From an uncultured delta proteobacterium (GTDB lineage Bacteria > Desulfobacterota > RBG-13-43-22): 64,000 bases of DNA. A program made the translations under genes and the position numbers. Every line of letters begins with the position of its first letter. Position 1 is the first letter of the stretch. This document shows positions 1 through 10,411 of the stretch, piece after piece. The stretch lies in assembly GCA_963711835.1 (NCBI GenBank), contig CAVQFQ010000017.1:576001-640000 (forward strand), read 5' to 3'. Below the pieces are notes generated by a model that was given only the letters and a program-made list of their open reading frames with translations, did not search any database and was not told the origin of the DNA.

Positions 1-187
1 TCCCCAGTTGGTAGGATTCAACCCAGCGCAGGATAATGGCGGCCGTATGAGTGGCCAGTACGGCCCAGGTAAGCCCGGTGGCCCCTTTACCAAGCCCCGG
101 CCTTCTCAGGACCATGGCGTTCAGGTAGAAAAGGGCCGCAAAAAAATAACCGAAGGTAACCAGGCTGAGTAAAAAAGAACTTGTCAT
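1..187 (-). CDS. ccsA: Cytochrome c biogenesis protein CcsA/ResC, N-terminal part (runs off the window)
   Basis: Manual translation from ATG at 187: MTSSFLLSLVTFGYFFAALFYL...AIILRWVESYQLG. The RW-x-ESY-x-G motif is typical of CcsA. ATGA overlap with the resB stop. Confidence 0.85.
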   Translation of the reverse strand, partial: MTSSFLLSLVTFGYFFAALFYLNAMVLRRPGLGKGATGLTWAVLATHTAAIILRWVESYQLG

Positions 188-1548
188 AACGTGCTCCGAA
201 TCTTTTCGAATAGTCGATCCATTTTGAGGACAAAAGCCCCCCGGTTTTTGTGGGCCGTTCCTCCCATCAGGACTTCGGTCTTGACCCTGCCCTTGGGATC
301 CTTTTTCTCTCGAATCCAGATCCAGAGCTGTTGATGAGAGAAATAGAAGGTCACAATAAATCCGAGCAACATCAGCGAGGAGCCCACCCAGATAAACCAT
401 ATCCCGGGGTCCCGATTTACCTGGAGACCGGTTATGTACTGGGTCTGGATTTCTTTGATCCCGAGACGGAATTCTCCCAGACGGTTTCCATGAAAACCCG
501 GGTGGTTGGCTAAAACCCAGCCGTGGTCGATTTCCTCCTGATCCTTAAAAAGGAGGATTCCCAAGGCCGGACCCAGATCCGAAAGATTGGAGACAAAGCG
601 AACCGCCTCCAAGGCAAAAGGGGTTCCCGGGATGGGGGTCCTTTGATCCATTTGCGTCAGAACCTCGGACTGGGTCTCTCCCTTTTTTATGGAAATCTTC
701 AGGGAGGTAGGGGATTGGTCATAGGAGGATTGATAAAAGGTAATCCCCTTATAGGTGAAGGGATCATTAACCCGGATAACGGCTTTGTCCTTGGCTTCTC
801 CCCCTTCCAGGATGGTGAGATCGGATCGGTATTCCTTGGGCAGGCCGTTTTCATAAAAGGTAATCCCGAACCGATCCAATCGGACTGAAAAATCAAGGGG
901 TTTGAGAAGGTTTTGTCCCCGGAGGATGATATGATCCTTGCTTTGGCCTTCCTTAAGCTCCAGGACTCCTTTAAACCCAAAGAGGGAACCGATAATAGCC
1001 CCGGCGAAGATAACCAGGACGCTGAGATGCACCAAATAGACCCCAAACCGGGAATAGCGTCCTTTTTCCCCATAGTAAACCGTTCCAGAATCGGAGGCCA
1101 GGGGGATTATTTTTTTAAAATGCCCCTGAAGGAGGGCCCGCAGCGATTCCCGGATCCTGGCTGGATCCTGACCGGAAATGCCCTTTTCATGAAAAGGCAG
1201 GGAATTAAAAAGAGGGTCGTTGACCGGCCGCGGGGAAGCGGTAATGACCTTCCAGGTTTGGGAAAAACGCTTGATGGAACAAACAATAAGGTTGGCCGCC
1301 AAGAGGAGCAGGAGCCACTGGAACCACCAGGAATGGTACATGTCATCCAACTGAAAATACCGGATGACCTTCCCGGCCGCGGAACCGTAGCGGCTGGTAT
1401 AAAGACCCAGGGGTTCACCCTGGGGGAGGACGGTTCCCAGGATGGAAGTACTAGCCAGGGTAATTAAGATGACCAGGGCCAGCCTAACGGAGGCAAAAAA
1501 CTCGGTGATTTCGGAAAAAAAACCTTTGGATGGTTTTGGATCAGCCAT
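184..1548 (-). CDS. resB: Cytochrome c biogenesis protein ResB/Ccs1
   Basis: GTVLPQ, MYHSWWF, VHLSVLVIF, RVNDPF..G..FYQSSY and TGLQVNRDPG motifs; adjacent to ccsA. Confidence 0.92.
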   Translation of the reverse strand: MADPKPSKGFFSEITEFFASVRLALVILITLASTSILGTVLPQGEPLGLYTSRYGSAAGKVIRYFQLDDMYHSWWFQWLLLLLAANLIVCSIKRFSQTWKVITASPRPVNDPLFNSLPFHEKGISGQDPARIRESLRALLQGHFKKIIPLASDSGTVYYGEKGRYSRFGVYLVHLSVLVIFAGAIIGSLFGFKGVLELKEGQSKDHIILRGQNLLKPLDFSVRLDRFGITFYENGLPKEYRSDLTILEGGEAKDKAVIRVNDPFTYKGITFYQSSYDQSPTSLKISIKKGETQSEVLTQMDQRTPIPGTPFALEAVRFVSNLSDLGPALGILLFKDQEEIDHGWVLANHPGFHGNRLGEFRLGIKEIQTQYITGLQVNRDPGIWFIWVGSSLMLLGFIVTFYFSHQQLWIWIREKKDPKGRVKTEVLMGGTAHKNRGAFVLKMDRLFEKIRSTL

Positions 1549-1868
1549 AGTTTGATAAAAAGGTAAGAATTTTTTTTAAGATAAGGCCCAGCGGTTAAAA
1601 GTCAACCAAGCTAACACAATCCTCCCCCAGGAACAACCTTTTCCTTTCTATTTTTTGTAACTATCTATTATTACTGTATTATTAATATAGAAAGCTATTG
1701 CTGACCTTTGCCCTGGGCTCCCGAGTCGCTCCCTTTTCGGCCAGCCCTCCTGCCGAATTAAAAACCTTGGCCTCCGGCCGGATATTTTTTTTGACAGGCT
1801 GTTGATTTTCGGATAAGAACAGAAGGCTATGTTAATCATATTGAAACAGCGACCGCCCCGGGTTTCCA

Positions 1869-2846
1869 ATGGGTTCCACTGATCCCTTCAGCGTCCAATT
1901 ACGGGAGGAGATCAAGAAGGTCGATTTTTACCTGGCCGACCATCTCAAATCCCATGTGCCTTTAATTTCGGAGATCAACCGGCATATCCTCCTGGGGGGA
2001 GGCAAGAGGCTCCGGCCCCTGTTATTTGTCCTTTGCTCCCGTCTTTGCGGAAACGTTGAAGAGCGGAGCTATTACCTCTCGGCAATCTTTGAGTACCTCC
2101 ATGCCGCTACTCTGCTCCATGATGATGTTATCGACAAGGCCGATATGAGGCGGGGTAAACCGGCGGCCAACACCCTCTGGGGCAATTCGGCCTCGGTCCT
2201 GGTGGGGGATTTCTTGCTGGCCAAATCCTTTTCCCTGGCCGTCGAAAGTCAACGGTTACGGCTTCTGGAAGTCCTTTCCAGGACTACCACCCAAATGGCT
2301 GAAGGCATGGTGCTGGAATTGGTTCACAGCCATAACCTTTTCGTGGATGAGGAGACCTACCTGGACATCCTGATTAATAAAACAGCCATTCTTATCTCAG
2401 CCGCCTGTCAAACCGGGGCCATTTGGGGAAAGGCCGCGCTGAAGGAGGAAGAGGCCCTGGCCCGCTTCGGATTGGAAATGGGGATTGCCTTCCAGATGGT
2501 CGATGACCTGCTGGATTATACCGCCACCGAAAAAGAATTCGGAAAACCGGTGGGAACGGATTTTAAAGAAGGCAAGATAACGCTCCCCCTTATCCACACC
2601 CTGCAACATTGTTCCCCGGAGGATCGGGATACCCTCAAGCAATTATCCCGAAAAGACCCCTTTTCCGAGGAAGATTTTAAAAGCCTGCTGGACCTGATCA
2701 ATCACCATCACGGCTTAGCCTATGCTCAGCAAAAGGCCCTGGAATATAAGAACCGGGCCCTGGAATCACTGGCTATCTTCCCGGTCACGGAAACCCGACA
2801 AATTCTGGAAGCTTTAACGGAATTTGTTGTGGAACGAAGGAAATAG
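1869..2846 (+). CDS. Polyprenyl diphosphate synthase (IspB/HepT-like)
   Basis: GGKRLRP, LLHDDVID..D.RRG, FQMVDDLLD and EGKITLP motifs. Confidence 0.93.
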   Translation: MGSTDPFSVQLREEIKKVDFYLADHLKSHVPLISEINRHILLGGGKRLRPLLFVLCSRLCGNVEERSYYLSAIFEYLHAATLLHDDVIDKADMRRGKPAANTLWGNSASVLVGDFLLAKSFSLAVESQRLRLLEVLSRTTTQMAEGMVLELVHSHNLFVDEETYLDILINKTAILISAACQTGAIWGKAALKEEEALARFGLEMGIAFQMVDDLLDYTATEKEFGKPVGTDFKEGKITLPLIHTLQHCSPEDRDTLKQLSRKDPFSEEDFKSLLDLINHHHGLAYAQQKALEYKNRALESLAIFPVTETRQILEALTEFVVERRK

Positions 2847-2920
2847 CCGATTGGCCTTTTGAGATTAAGCCGGCTGAAGCGGATAACGACGTCCAAAACA
2901 CGAGGAGGGAACAAGAAACC

Positions 2921-3292
2921 ATGATCCAATACCAACCGGCCCCGGATATTGAAGCCCAGCTAAAAAAAATCGCCCTCCGATTAAAGATGACGCATATTGA
3001 CCATAAAAGGGTCAAAGGCATCCGGAGCTATGGATCCTCCAGTCAAGGCGTCATTGCCCGGTGTCATGCCCTGCCCAAGGTCATGCAGTTGGCCTTGGGA
3101 ATAGGGGCCCATTACGTTGTTGAGATTATAAACGACCCCTTCGAACGCCTCTCCAAAGAAGACCAAACTAAGATCCTCATCCATGAACTGATGCATATCC
3201 CCCAGACCTTTGGGGGAGGATTCCGGATGCATCGGGATCACGTCACCCGGAAAAATGTGGAGAAGTTATACCGGGAACTGGTAAAAAAATAA
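2921..3292 (+). CDS. Small putative zinc metallopeptidase (HExxH)
   Basis: ILIHELMHIP..FGGGFR.H motif; GAGG-type SD upstream. Confidence 0.75.
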   Translation: MIQYQPAPDIEAQLKKIALRLKMTHIDHKRVKGIRSYGSSSQGVIARCHALPKVMQLALGIGAHYVVEIINDPFERLSKEDQTKILIHELMHIPQTFGGGFRMHRDHVTRKNVEKLYRELVKK

Positions 3293-3386
3293 GGATAGTC
3301 CCAAAGGTACGTGATTTTTTAATCAGCCAATAGGGTTTCAGGGGGCCTTGATTTCGTGGATTGGCCATCCTTAGGCCTTCCTTTTG

Positions 3387-3632
3387 TTATTCCTCCGGCT
3401 CCGAAGCATCGTAGAGCAGGTTGTTGACCATGGAATGAAGAATGCCCGCCAGATAGATTTCATCGCCGATATCCGAGGAAAGGGAATGATAGACCCCTTC
3501 CTTATCCATGTAAAAAACAATCAGCTCCTTCATATTTTCCTGCTCTTCACTCAACCGCTCCAGAATATCGACCACCTGTTTCCGAGTTCGATCGATGTGT
3601 ATCAGCTTGCCCCTCTTTTCATTCATCGCCAC
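3387..3632 (-). CDS. Hypothetical small acidic protein
   Basis: 81-aa ORF with GAAGGAG SD before a GTG start; no recognisable motif. Confidence 0.6.
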   Translation of the reverse strand: MAMNEKRGKLIHIDRTRKQVVDILERLSEEQENMKELIVFYMDKEGVYHSLSSDIGDEIYLAGILHSMVNNLLYDASEPEE

Positions 3633-3894
3633 AACTCCTTCGATTAAACAGGACGTTCCCGCCCCTTACCCAGCCTTATAAGGAAAGGGTTAAAAAATAT
3701 TCGGCTAAAAAAAAAGGAAGATTCGCCGGTAAAAAGGCCGGCCTGAGCGGCCAAGTTCCATACCGAACAAGCATAATCCGAATCCCCGGAAAAGACAAGC
3801 GCCTTTCCAATAAATACGAGCAAAGAGCTTTGAAATTTTTTTTAAAGTCCTGAAGAAGTGGTATAGGGGTTTCTTATTTCTTGAAAGGGTCCGT

Positions 3895-4785
3895 TCAAGA
3901 ATCCAACAAGAGGTTATACTTCTCCACCAGGAATTCAGGATGGTAAGACATTTTCGCTTTCCGCAGCCCTTCCAGTCCCAGGTCCTGTTCCCGGTTGACC
4001 AAGGGGATGCCTTTCCATTCCTTCTCCAGAAACTGCTGCTGGATCACCTGGTACAGGCCGGAAAGATCGGGATTGGCCTTTTCAAAGTGAATCACCACGG
4101 TCTTGGGATTCAATAACTCCCCGAGGGTAAAGGCCTCCACCTTATTATTGACTCGAATGACCCCTCCTTTAAACATCAACCGATCAATGTGGGTGAAGGC
4201 CTCGATAATGGCTTGTTCTTCGCTTAGAAGGCTGGGGGATTCAAAGCACTGCCGCAACCGGCACCACTCCTCCTGAAGATTTAAACACTCGCCGATCAGG
4301 TTCGGTGTCAAGGGCTGATAATCCCAGGCCTGTTGTTTCATAAACCGGTTGCGGTGATTTTTATAGGTGTGGTAGCGATTCCCCGAAAGGCGGATCAGGT
4401 TATCGGTTAAATAAACATAATCACTGTTATCCCGATCCAGAATTTTTCGATGGCCGGGGAAGGAGGCGATGTTTTCAGCCTGGGAGGCCGGGACCCGTCC
4501 CATCCGGGGAGGATAATGGCGCTCTTTCAAGTAGGCGAAACAATCCGCCGCCCAGGAACCGAGATCCCCTTCCCCTACCGGAGGAAAGAAAAAAGGAGCC
4601 TGGTCGCGAGGCTGGGCCAACAGGGTCAAAAAGCCCTGATGAAAGGCAACCTCAAAACGGTAATTATGCCTCCAGATAAAGAGATTGGTGAAGCTCAATT
4701 CGGAAATCTCCACTGGATAGCGCCGGAGAATCGCTTCGATCGGGAATTGATGGTCCAGGGAGAGGGGTTGTAAAGGTGGAAGCAT
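3895..4785 (-). CDS. DUF2156 / aminoacyl-phosphatidylglycerol synthase C-terminal-like protein
   Basis: SELSFTNLFIW, DYVY, HFEKAN and VNREQDLG.EGLRKAKMSYHP motifs. Confidence 0.88.
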   Translation of the reverse strand: MLPPLQPLSLDHQFPIEAILRRYPVEISELSFTNLFIWRHNYRFEVAFHQGFLTLLAQPRDQAPFFFPPVGEGDLGSWAADCFAYLKERHYPPRMGRVPASQAENIASFPGHRKILDRDNSDYVYLTDNLIRLSGNRYHTYKNHRNRFMKQQAWDYQPLTPNLIGECLNLQEEWCRLRQCFESPSLLSEEQAIIEAFTHIDRLMFKGGVIRVNNKVEAFTLGELLNPKTVVIHFEKANPDLSGLYQVIQQQFLEKEWKGIPLVNREQDLGLEGLRKAKMSYHPEFLVEKYNLLLDS

Positions 4786-4799
4786 GGATCCGAAAGCCT

Positions 4800-5660
4800 T
4801 CAGCCTCTCGAAGCGCCCCAGCCGGCCTGGGCTTTCAGTTTTTGCAGCAGCTCGTAGGGTATCTTTAAATCACCATATCCGCTCAGAAGGTCCACCTTCT
4901 CCTTGTTGGCGCCATGAAAATCGGTCCCGCCGGTGCACAAGAGGCCCATTTCCTCAGCCAGGTCCCGATATTGGCCCGTCTGTTCCGAGGTGTGTTCGGA
5001 ATAATAGACCTCCAGGCCCTTTAGCCCTTCTTCTTTCAGGCCCAGAATCAGGGCCCTCAATTCCTGGATAGAGCCGGTGCTCAGGGTAAAAGGGTGGGCC
5101 AGAACCGCAATCCCGCCGGCCCGGCGGATTAGAGAGATGGCCTTCTCCGGAGGAAACCGGAATTTTTCCACATAGGCCAGGGCCCCTTTTCTCAAATACT
5201 TCTGAAAAGCCTCCTCCAGAGAGGAAACCGCCTTTAATTGCAGTAAGGCTTGGGCAATATGGGGGCGACCGATTTGCCCCGGGGCCAGGGCCGCGATCTG
5301 TTCCTGGGTGATCGGGATCCCGTACCCTTGGAGTTTTTTGATGATCTTCGGGTTTCTTTCCCGCCGGGCCTGCTGGAGAATGAGAAGTTCCCGGTTCAAA
5401 TTGGGATCGGCCCGGTTAAATAAGTAACCCAGGATATGCATAGTCCCCCCGGCATACTGGGCACTGATCTCCAATCCCGGAATGATCTCCAGACCGAATT
5501 CGGTCCCGGCCTGTAAGGCCTCCTCCAGGCCGGCCAGGGTATCGTGATCCGTCAGGGCCAGTGCGGCCGCTCCCCTTCTCTGGGCATAGGCTACCAGCTC
5601 CCGGGGGGTGAAGCTGCCGTCGGAGGCGTTGGAATGCGTGTGCAGATCGATCAGGCCCAT
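4800..5660 (-). CDS. PHP-domain metal-dependent phosphoesterase (TrpH/YciV-like)
   Basis: DLHTHS.ASDG, LTDHD, GRPHIA, LAHP and GGTDFHG motifs. Confidence 0.92.
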   Translation of the reverse strand: MGLIDLHTHSNASDGSFTPRELVAYAQRRGAAALALTDHDTLAGLEEALQAGTEFGLEIIPGLEISAQYAGGTMHILGYLFNRADPNLNRELLILQQARRERNPKIIKKLQGYGIPITQEQIAALAPGQIGRPHIAQALLQLKAVSSLEEAFQKYLRKGALAYVEKFRFPPEKAISLIRRAGGIAVLAHPFTLSTGSIQELRALILGLKEEGLKGLEVYYSEHTSEQTGQYRDLAEEMGLLCTGGTDFHGANKEKVDLLSGYGDLKIPYELLQKLKAQAGWGASRG

Positions 5661-5669
5661 GAAGAAATC

Positions 5670-8042
5670 TTAGCGTTTACAGGCCTTGGCTCTTTTACAA
5701 AGGGCCAGATCGACCACATCGTCCATACGCTCGACGAAATGAAATTTCAATCCCTTTTTTAGATGGGGGGGAATCTCCTCCAGGTCTTTTTCATTTTTCT
5801 TGGGCAAAATAATGGTCCCTATCCCGGCCCTTTTCGCCGCCAGGACCTTTTCCTTGATCCCACCGACCGGCAGGACCTGTCCTCGAAGGGTTATTTCACC
5901 AGTCATGGCCAGATCTCCCCGGACCGGTCTATCCGTTAGGAGAGAGGTTAAGGCCGCCAGGATGGCTACCCCGGCGGAGGGGCCGTCTTTGGGGATGGCC
6001 CCGGCCGGCACATGAACATGGATGTCATTTTTTTCATAAAAATCTTCCGGGATTCCCAACTGGCCGGCCTTGGATCGGATATAACTCAGACCCGCTCCGG
6101 CGGATTCCTTCATGACCTCTCCCAACTGCCCGGTCAAGGTCAGGGTCCTCCGGCCCGGCATCTTAGTCGCCTCCACGAAAAGGATATCCCCGCCGGACTG
6201 GGTCCAGGCCAGACCGGTGGCTACGCCCGGCTCTTGGGTCCGTTCAGCCAACTCGGAATAAAACCGGATAGGTCCCAGGTAGTGCGGCAGATCCCCGATC
6301 TTGATTTGTTTGGATTTTATCAGGCCTTCAGCCACCTCCCGGGCTACTCCACGGCACAGTGAGGCGATCTCTCTTTCCAAATTTCGCAGCCCGGCTTCCC
6401 GGGTATAGGAACGGATAATGGTCTGCAGGGCCTTTTTCTGGAAAGACAGGTTTTTTTGGGTCAGGCCATGCTCATGTAACTGTTTTGGAATTAAATGACT
6501 CTGAGCGATTTGGACCTTCTCCTCTTCAATATAACCGGACAGATCCAGGACTTCCATCCGGTCCCTTAAGGCCGGGGGGATGGTATCCAGGATATTAGCG
6601 GTGGTGATGAACATGACTTTAGAGAGATCAAATTCAACCTCCAGGTAATGATCCGAAAAGGTGGAGTTCTGTTCCGGATCCAGGACCTCCAGCAGGGCCG
6701 AGGAAGGGTCTCCCCGAAAATCCGTGCCCACTTTATCGATTTCATCCAGTATAAAAACCGGGTTATTTGAGCCGGCCTTGCGCAGCTCCTGTATGATCCG
6801 TCCCGGCAGGGCCCCCACATAGGTGCGCCGATGGCCTCTGATTTCAGCTTCGTCCCGAACCCCGCCTAAAGACATCCGGATAAATTTTCTTCCCAAGGCC
6901 CGGGCAATGGACCGGCCCAGAGAAGTTTTCCCCGTCCCCGGCGGTCCGGCAAAACACAGGATAGGTCCCTTCATATCCGGTTTGAGTTTCCGTACCGCCA
7001 GATATTCCAGGATCCTTTTCTTGACTTTTTCCAGGTCGAAATGATCCTCATCCAGGACCTGAGCGGCGGCCTTAATGTCAAGATTGTCTTCCGTCTTTAC
7101 CTGCCAGGGGAGCTCTGTCAACCAATCCAGATAGGAAAGGGCCACCGTATATTCCGGGGAAGCCGGGTTCATTCGGGCCAGCCGGTTCAATTCCCTTTCC
7201 GCTTCCTTGGCCGCACCGGGCGGCAGCCCCCGCTCCCCGATCTTCTTCCGATATTCCTCTATTTCCAGTGACTTTTCATCCTTTTCTCCCAATTCCTTCT
7301 GAATCGCTTTCAATTGTTCCCGGAGGTAATATTCCCGCTGGCTTTTGTCGATCCCCTCCTTGACTTCGGACTGAATTTTCTTCCCCAATTCCAATACTTC
7401 CAGTTCCTTGGTCAGGATTACGGTTATTTTTTGGAGTCTTTGTTTGACCTCTAGGGCTTCCAGAATCTCCTGTTTTTCTTCTTTGCTGACATTCAACGTC
7501 GAAGAGATCATGTCGGCCAAAGGCCCGGGGTCATCCACACTCTGAGCCAGCAGCCCCAATTCCGAGGGCAGGTAGGGAGACAGTTCCAGGACCTTGGTAA
7601 AAAGTCCCCGGGCATTATTCATCAGGGCGATGGTCTCCTTGCTTGAATCGGTCGAATCCTTGACGGCTTCAATTTTTGCCTTCAGGTAGGGATCAAGCCC
7701 GGTAAATTCCGTGATCTTGAACCGGGACAAGCCCTGGATCATGATCCGAACCCCTCCCTCAGGCACCTTGGCCATTTTAAGGATCGAGCCCACGGTCCCG
7801 TATTCGTAGAGGTCTTCCGGATTGACGGTCTCTTTTCCTTTTCCCTGGATCATGACGATACCGATCAGGTGATCCTTAAGCAGGGCTTCATCAATCAACT
7901 GAATCCAGTTTTTTTCCCATATCATCAGGGGCAGGACCATCCTGGGGAACAAGGCCACATCCAGCACAGGCAAAATAGGCACCTCTTCAGGGATGGTCAG
8001 GACCTGGGACTGGATCGGCAAGTTTGTTTCATTCGCTTCCAT
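5670..8042 (-). CDS. lon: ATP-dependent Lon protease
   Basis: LON N-domain, Walker [10 protein letters not shown], catalytic PKDGPSAG and GGIKEK. Confidence 0.97.
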   Translation of the reverse strand: MEANETNLPIQSQVLTIPEEVPILPVLDVALFPRMVLPLMIWEKNWIQLIDEALLKDHLIGIVMIQGKGKETVNPEDLYEYGTVGSILKMAKVPEGGVRIMIQGLSRFKITEFTGLDPYLKAKIEAVKDSTDSSKETIALMNNARGLFTKVLELSPYLPSELGLLAQSVDDPGPLADMISSTLNVSKEEKQEILEALEVKQRLQKITVILTKELEVLELGKKIQSEVKEGIDKSQREYYLREQLKAIQKELGEKDEKSLEIEEYRKKIGERGLPPGAAKEAERELNRLARMNPASPEYTVALSYLDWLTELPWQVKTEDNLDIKAAAQVLDEDHFDLEKVKKRILEYLAVRKLKPDMKGPILCFAGPPGTGKTSLGRSIARALGRKFIRMSLGGVRDEAEIRGHRRTYVGALPGRIIQELRKAGSNNPVFILDEIDKVGTDFRGDPSSALLEVLDPEQNSTFSDHYLEVEFDLSKVMFITTANILDTIPPALRDRMEVLDLSGYIEEEKVQIAQSHLIPKQLHEHGLTQKNLSFQKKALQTIIRSYTREAGLRNLEREIASLCRGVAREVAEGLIKSKQIKIGDLPHYLGPIRFYSELAERTQEPGVATGLAWTQSGGDILFVEATKMPGRRTLTLTGQLGEVMKESAGAGLSYIRSKAGQLGIPEDFYEKNDIHVHVPAGAIPKDGPSAGVAILAALTSLLTDRPVRGDLAMTGEITLRGQVLPVGGIKEKVLAAKRAGIGTIILPKKNEKDLEEIPPHLKKGLKFHFVERMDDVVDLALCKRAKACKR

Positions 8043-8078
8043 ACGACTCTCCTCACTATACTATCAAGCCAACAAAGG

Positions 8079-8501
8079 CTATTCGGATTTAATTTCTACC
8101 ACTTTTTTAGAGGCCGGCTTCTTAGGCAGGGTGACCACGAGCAGGCCCTCCCGGTACTGGGCTTGGATTTTCAATTCCTCGACCAGGGCCGGCAACTGAA
8201 AGATCTTTTCGAACGCGCCGAATTCTATTTCCATCTGCAGGTAACGAACCGCATTGGCCATAACCGGTCTTTCCCGCCGACCGGAAATGAAAACCCGGTT
8301 CTTTTTAACGCTGATCTGGATGTCTTCCTTTTTTATTCCGGATAATTCCGCCACAATCATAAAAGCTTCAGGTGTTTCCAAGATATCGATCTGGGGAGAC
8401 CAAATCCTTTGATCCAGCAAAAACCGGGGGCTCAGTTGATGAAGCATATCGTCCATCATGCGCCTCATTTGATTATGGAGTCGAGTCAAATCGCTGACCA
8501 C
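8079..8501 (-). CDS. Small heat shock protein, Hsp20/alpha-crystallin family
   Basis: P.IDILET, ISGRR, FG.FEK.F.LP and A.YREGLL.V.LPK motifs; AGGAGG SD. Confidence 0.92.
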   Translation of the reverse strand: MVSDLTRLHNQMRRMMDDMLHQLSPRFLLDQRIWSPQIDILETPEAFMIVAELSGIKKEDIQISVKKNRVFISGRRERPVMANAVRYLQMEIEFGAFEKIFQLPALVEELKIQAQYREGLLVVTLPKKPASKKVVEIKSE

Positions 8502-8825
8502 TAGCCTACCTCCTGTGCTAAGAAAAAACTCTGGGAATATTGCTCGGCCGTTTCCGATAAATGGGACGACCCTCTCTTTTTCAACAGGGTCTATTTATTT
8601 GATCTATTATAAGGTCCTAAGGGTCCGTTGTAAAGGAAAGGGGCTAAAATTTAGGAGCCGCCGGGAGGATCCGGACCGATCCGATTTAAAAAGAGGGGGT
8701 TAATTGATCCCCAAAGGCCTTAAGATTTTTCTTGCCCCGGTAAAAAAAATAAGCTATTAATATCATTTTCGTGTTTTTCAAGCTGGGTTCTAATAACGAA
8801 CGGATATGTTGAGGAGAGGATCTGG

Positions 8826-8927
8826 ATGGGCAGCGTAGTCAAGAAAAGAAAGAAAAAGATGCGCAAGCATAAGCATAAGAAATTAATGAAAAAGACCCGA
8901 CATCAGCGGAAAAAGAGGGGTAAATAA
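8826..8927 (+). CDS. 33-aa basic peptide, bS22 / AURKAIP1-COX24 (DUF1713) family
   Basis: Absent from the ORF track. Manual translation MGSVVKKRKKKMRKHKHKKLMKKTRHQRKKRGK*; GAGGAGAGGA SD upstream. Confidence 0.9.
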   Translation: MGSVVKKRKKKMRKHKHKKLMKKTRHQRKKRGK

Positions 8928-9022
8928 GCCCCGCCTGTCGGAAGGGCTCCAGCCTCGGTACCCTAAGCGGACCCCAACGGGTTCAGACCCAATTTTTGAG
9001 AGCCCCTTCAGGTTTGTTTCTC

Positions 9023-9057
9023 AACAGGCCATCCCTTCGGGTATGGCCTGTTTTATT
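9023..9057 (+). terminator. Rho-independent terminator-like hairpin between the bS22-like gene and thiD
   Basis: AACAGGCCAT-C-CC[TTCG]GG-T-ATGGCCTGTT followed by TTATT; cUUCGg tetraloop. Confidence 0.7.
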
Positions 9058-9070
9058 CTAAGGAGGCCTT

Positions 9071-10411
9071 ATAAAAACACGAATTTTAACCATTGCCGGT
9101 TCGGATTCCGGTGGAGGTGCCGGTATCCAGGCCGACTTGAAGGTTATCTCCCTGTTGGGGGGATACGGCTCTTCGGTCATTACCGCCCTAACCGCTCAAA
9201 ATACCTTGGGAGTTCAAGGCATCTTCCCGGTACCGGTCCCTTTTGTCGAGCAGCAACTCCGGTCGGTCCTCTCGGATATCGGGGCGGATGCCGTTAAAAC
9301 CGGCATGTTGGCCCAGGCCGATATTATTGTCGCGGTCGCCCGGGCCGTCAAAAAATTTAGAATCAAGAAATTGGTTCTGGACCCGGTCATGGTTTCAGAA
9401 AGCGGCCAGGCCCTGCTGGAAGAAAAGGCCGAAGTCAGTTTAAGAGAAATGCTTTTCCCCTTGGCCGGTCTTATTACTCCTAACCTTCGGGAGGCCTCCA
9501 TCCTGACTGGAAAACCGGTCCGGACCATGGCCGAGATGAAAAAGGCCGCCAGGTTGATCAAAGAAAAGACCCCGGGAGTCGTCCTGATCAAGGGGGGTCA
9601 TCTCTTAGGGTCGGCCAGTGACCTCTGGTTCGATGGAACGCTCTTCAGGGAATTCAGCAGCCCCCGAATCCGGACTCCCAACACCCATGGCACCGGGTGC
9701 ACCTTTTCCTCGGCCATTACCACCTATTGGGGGCAGGGTTTTCCTTTAATGGAAGCGGTTGAAAAAGCCAAGACCTTCATCTCCAGGGCCATTTCCGGCA
9801 GCCAGCCCCTCGGGAAAGGCCATGGTCCGACAGATCCCTATGCCTGGTTTGAAATGGAACTGGAGCGCTTCCCGGTAATCCGTTCGCTTGAGGAGGCCTT
9901 TCAGCAACTCCAGGAAGCTAAGATCGGCCACATTATCCCGGAAGTCCAATCCAACCTCGGTTATGCCCTTCCCCTGGCCCAAAAAATGGAGGAAGTGGCC
10001 GCTTGGCCGGGACGGATCCTGCGCTTTCAAGAAACCATAGCCACCTTAGCCCCTCCAGCCTTCGGCGCATCCCGTCATGTGGCCCGTATTATCCTGACCG
10101 TCATGGCCAAGTTCCCGGAGACCCGTTCGGCCATGAATATACGCTTTTCAGAAGAGCTGCTCCGCCTGGGTTCCAAAATAGGTTTCAAAATCGCCGGCTT
10201 CGATCGTAGAAAGGAACCGCCCCGGATTAAGAACCGGGAGGGCGCCTCCCTTTCCTGGGGGGTGAGCCGGGTCTTGGAGAATACCTCTCAAGTCCCCGAT
10301 ATCATTTTTGACCGCGGGGATATCGGCAAGGAGCCCATGCTCCGGGTCCTCGGAAGAAATCCCGGGGAAGTGGTTGAAAAAATACTAAAGTTAAACAAGG
10401 AGCCGGCGTGA
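9071..10411 (+). CDS. thiD: Fused HMP/HMP-P kinase ThiD and thiamine-phosphate synthase ThiN (ThiDN)
   Basis: The frame extends upstream of the called TTG (9137) to ATA at 9071: [30 protein letters not shown] motif present. C-terminal IPEVQSN...FGASRHVA...RSAMNI...[10 protein letters not shown] is a ThiN domain. Confidence 0.92.
   Translation: MKTRILTIAGSDSGGGAGIQADLKVISLLGGYGSSVITALTAQNTLGVQGIFPVPVPFVEQQLRSVLSDIGADAVKTGMLAQADIIVAVARAVKKFRIKKLVLDPVMVSESGQALLEEKAEVSLREMLFPLAGLITPNLREASILTGKPVRTMAEMKKAARLIKEKTPGVVLIKGGHLLGSASDLWFDGTLFREFSSPRIRTPNTHGTGCTFSSAITTYWGQGFPLMEAVEKAKTFISRAISGSQPLGKGHGPTDPYAWFEMELERFPVIRSLEEAFQQLQEAKIGHIIPEVQSNLGYALPLAQKMEEVAAWPGRILRFQETIATLAPPAFGASRHVARIILTVMAKFPETRSAMNIRFSEELLRLGSKIGFKIAGFDRRKEPPRIKNREGASLSWGVSRVLENTSQVPDIIFDRGDIGKEPMLRVLGRNPGEVVEKILKLNKEPA

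Noticed and set aside
8930-9060. TPP riboswitch upstream of thiD/thiC
   Set aside because: The conserved TPP aptamer core sequences are not present in the required order.
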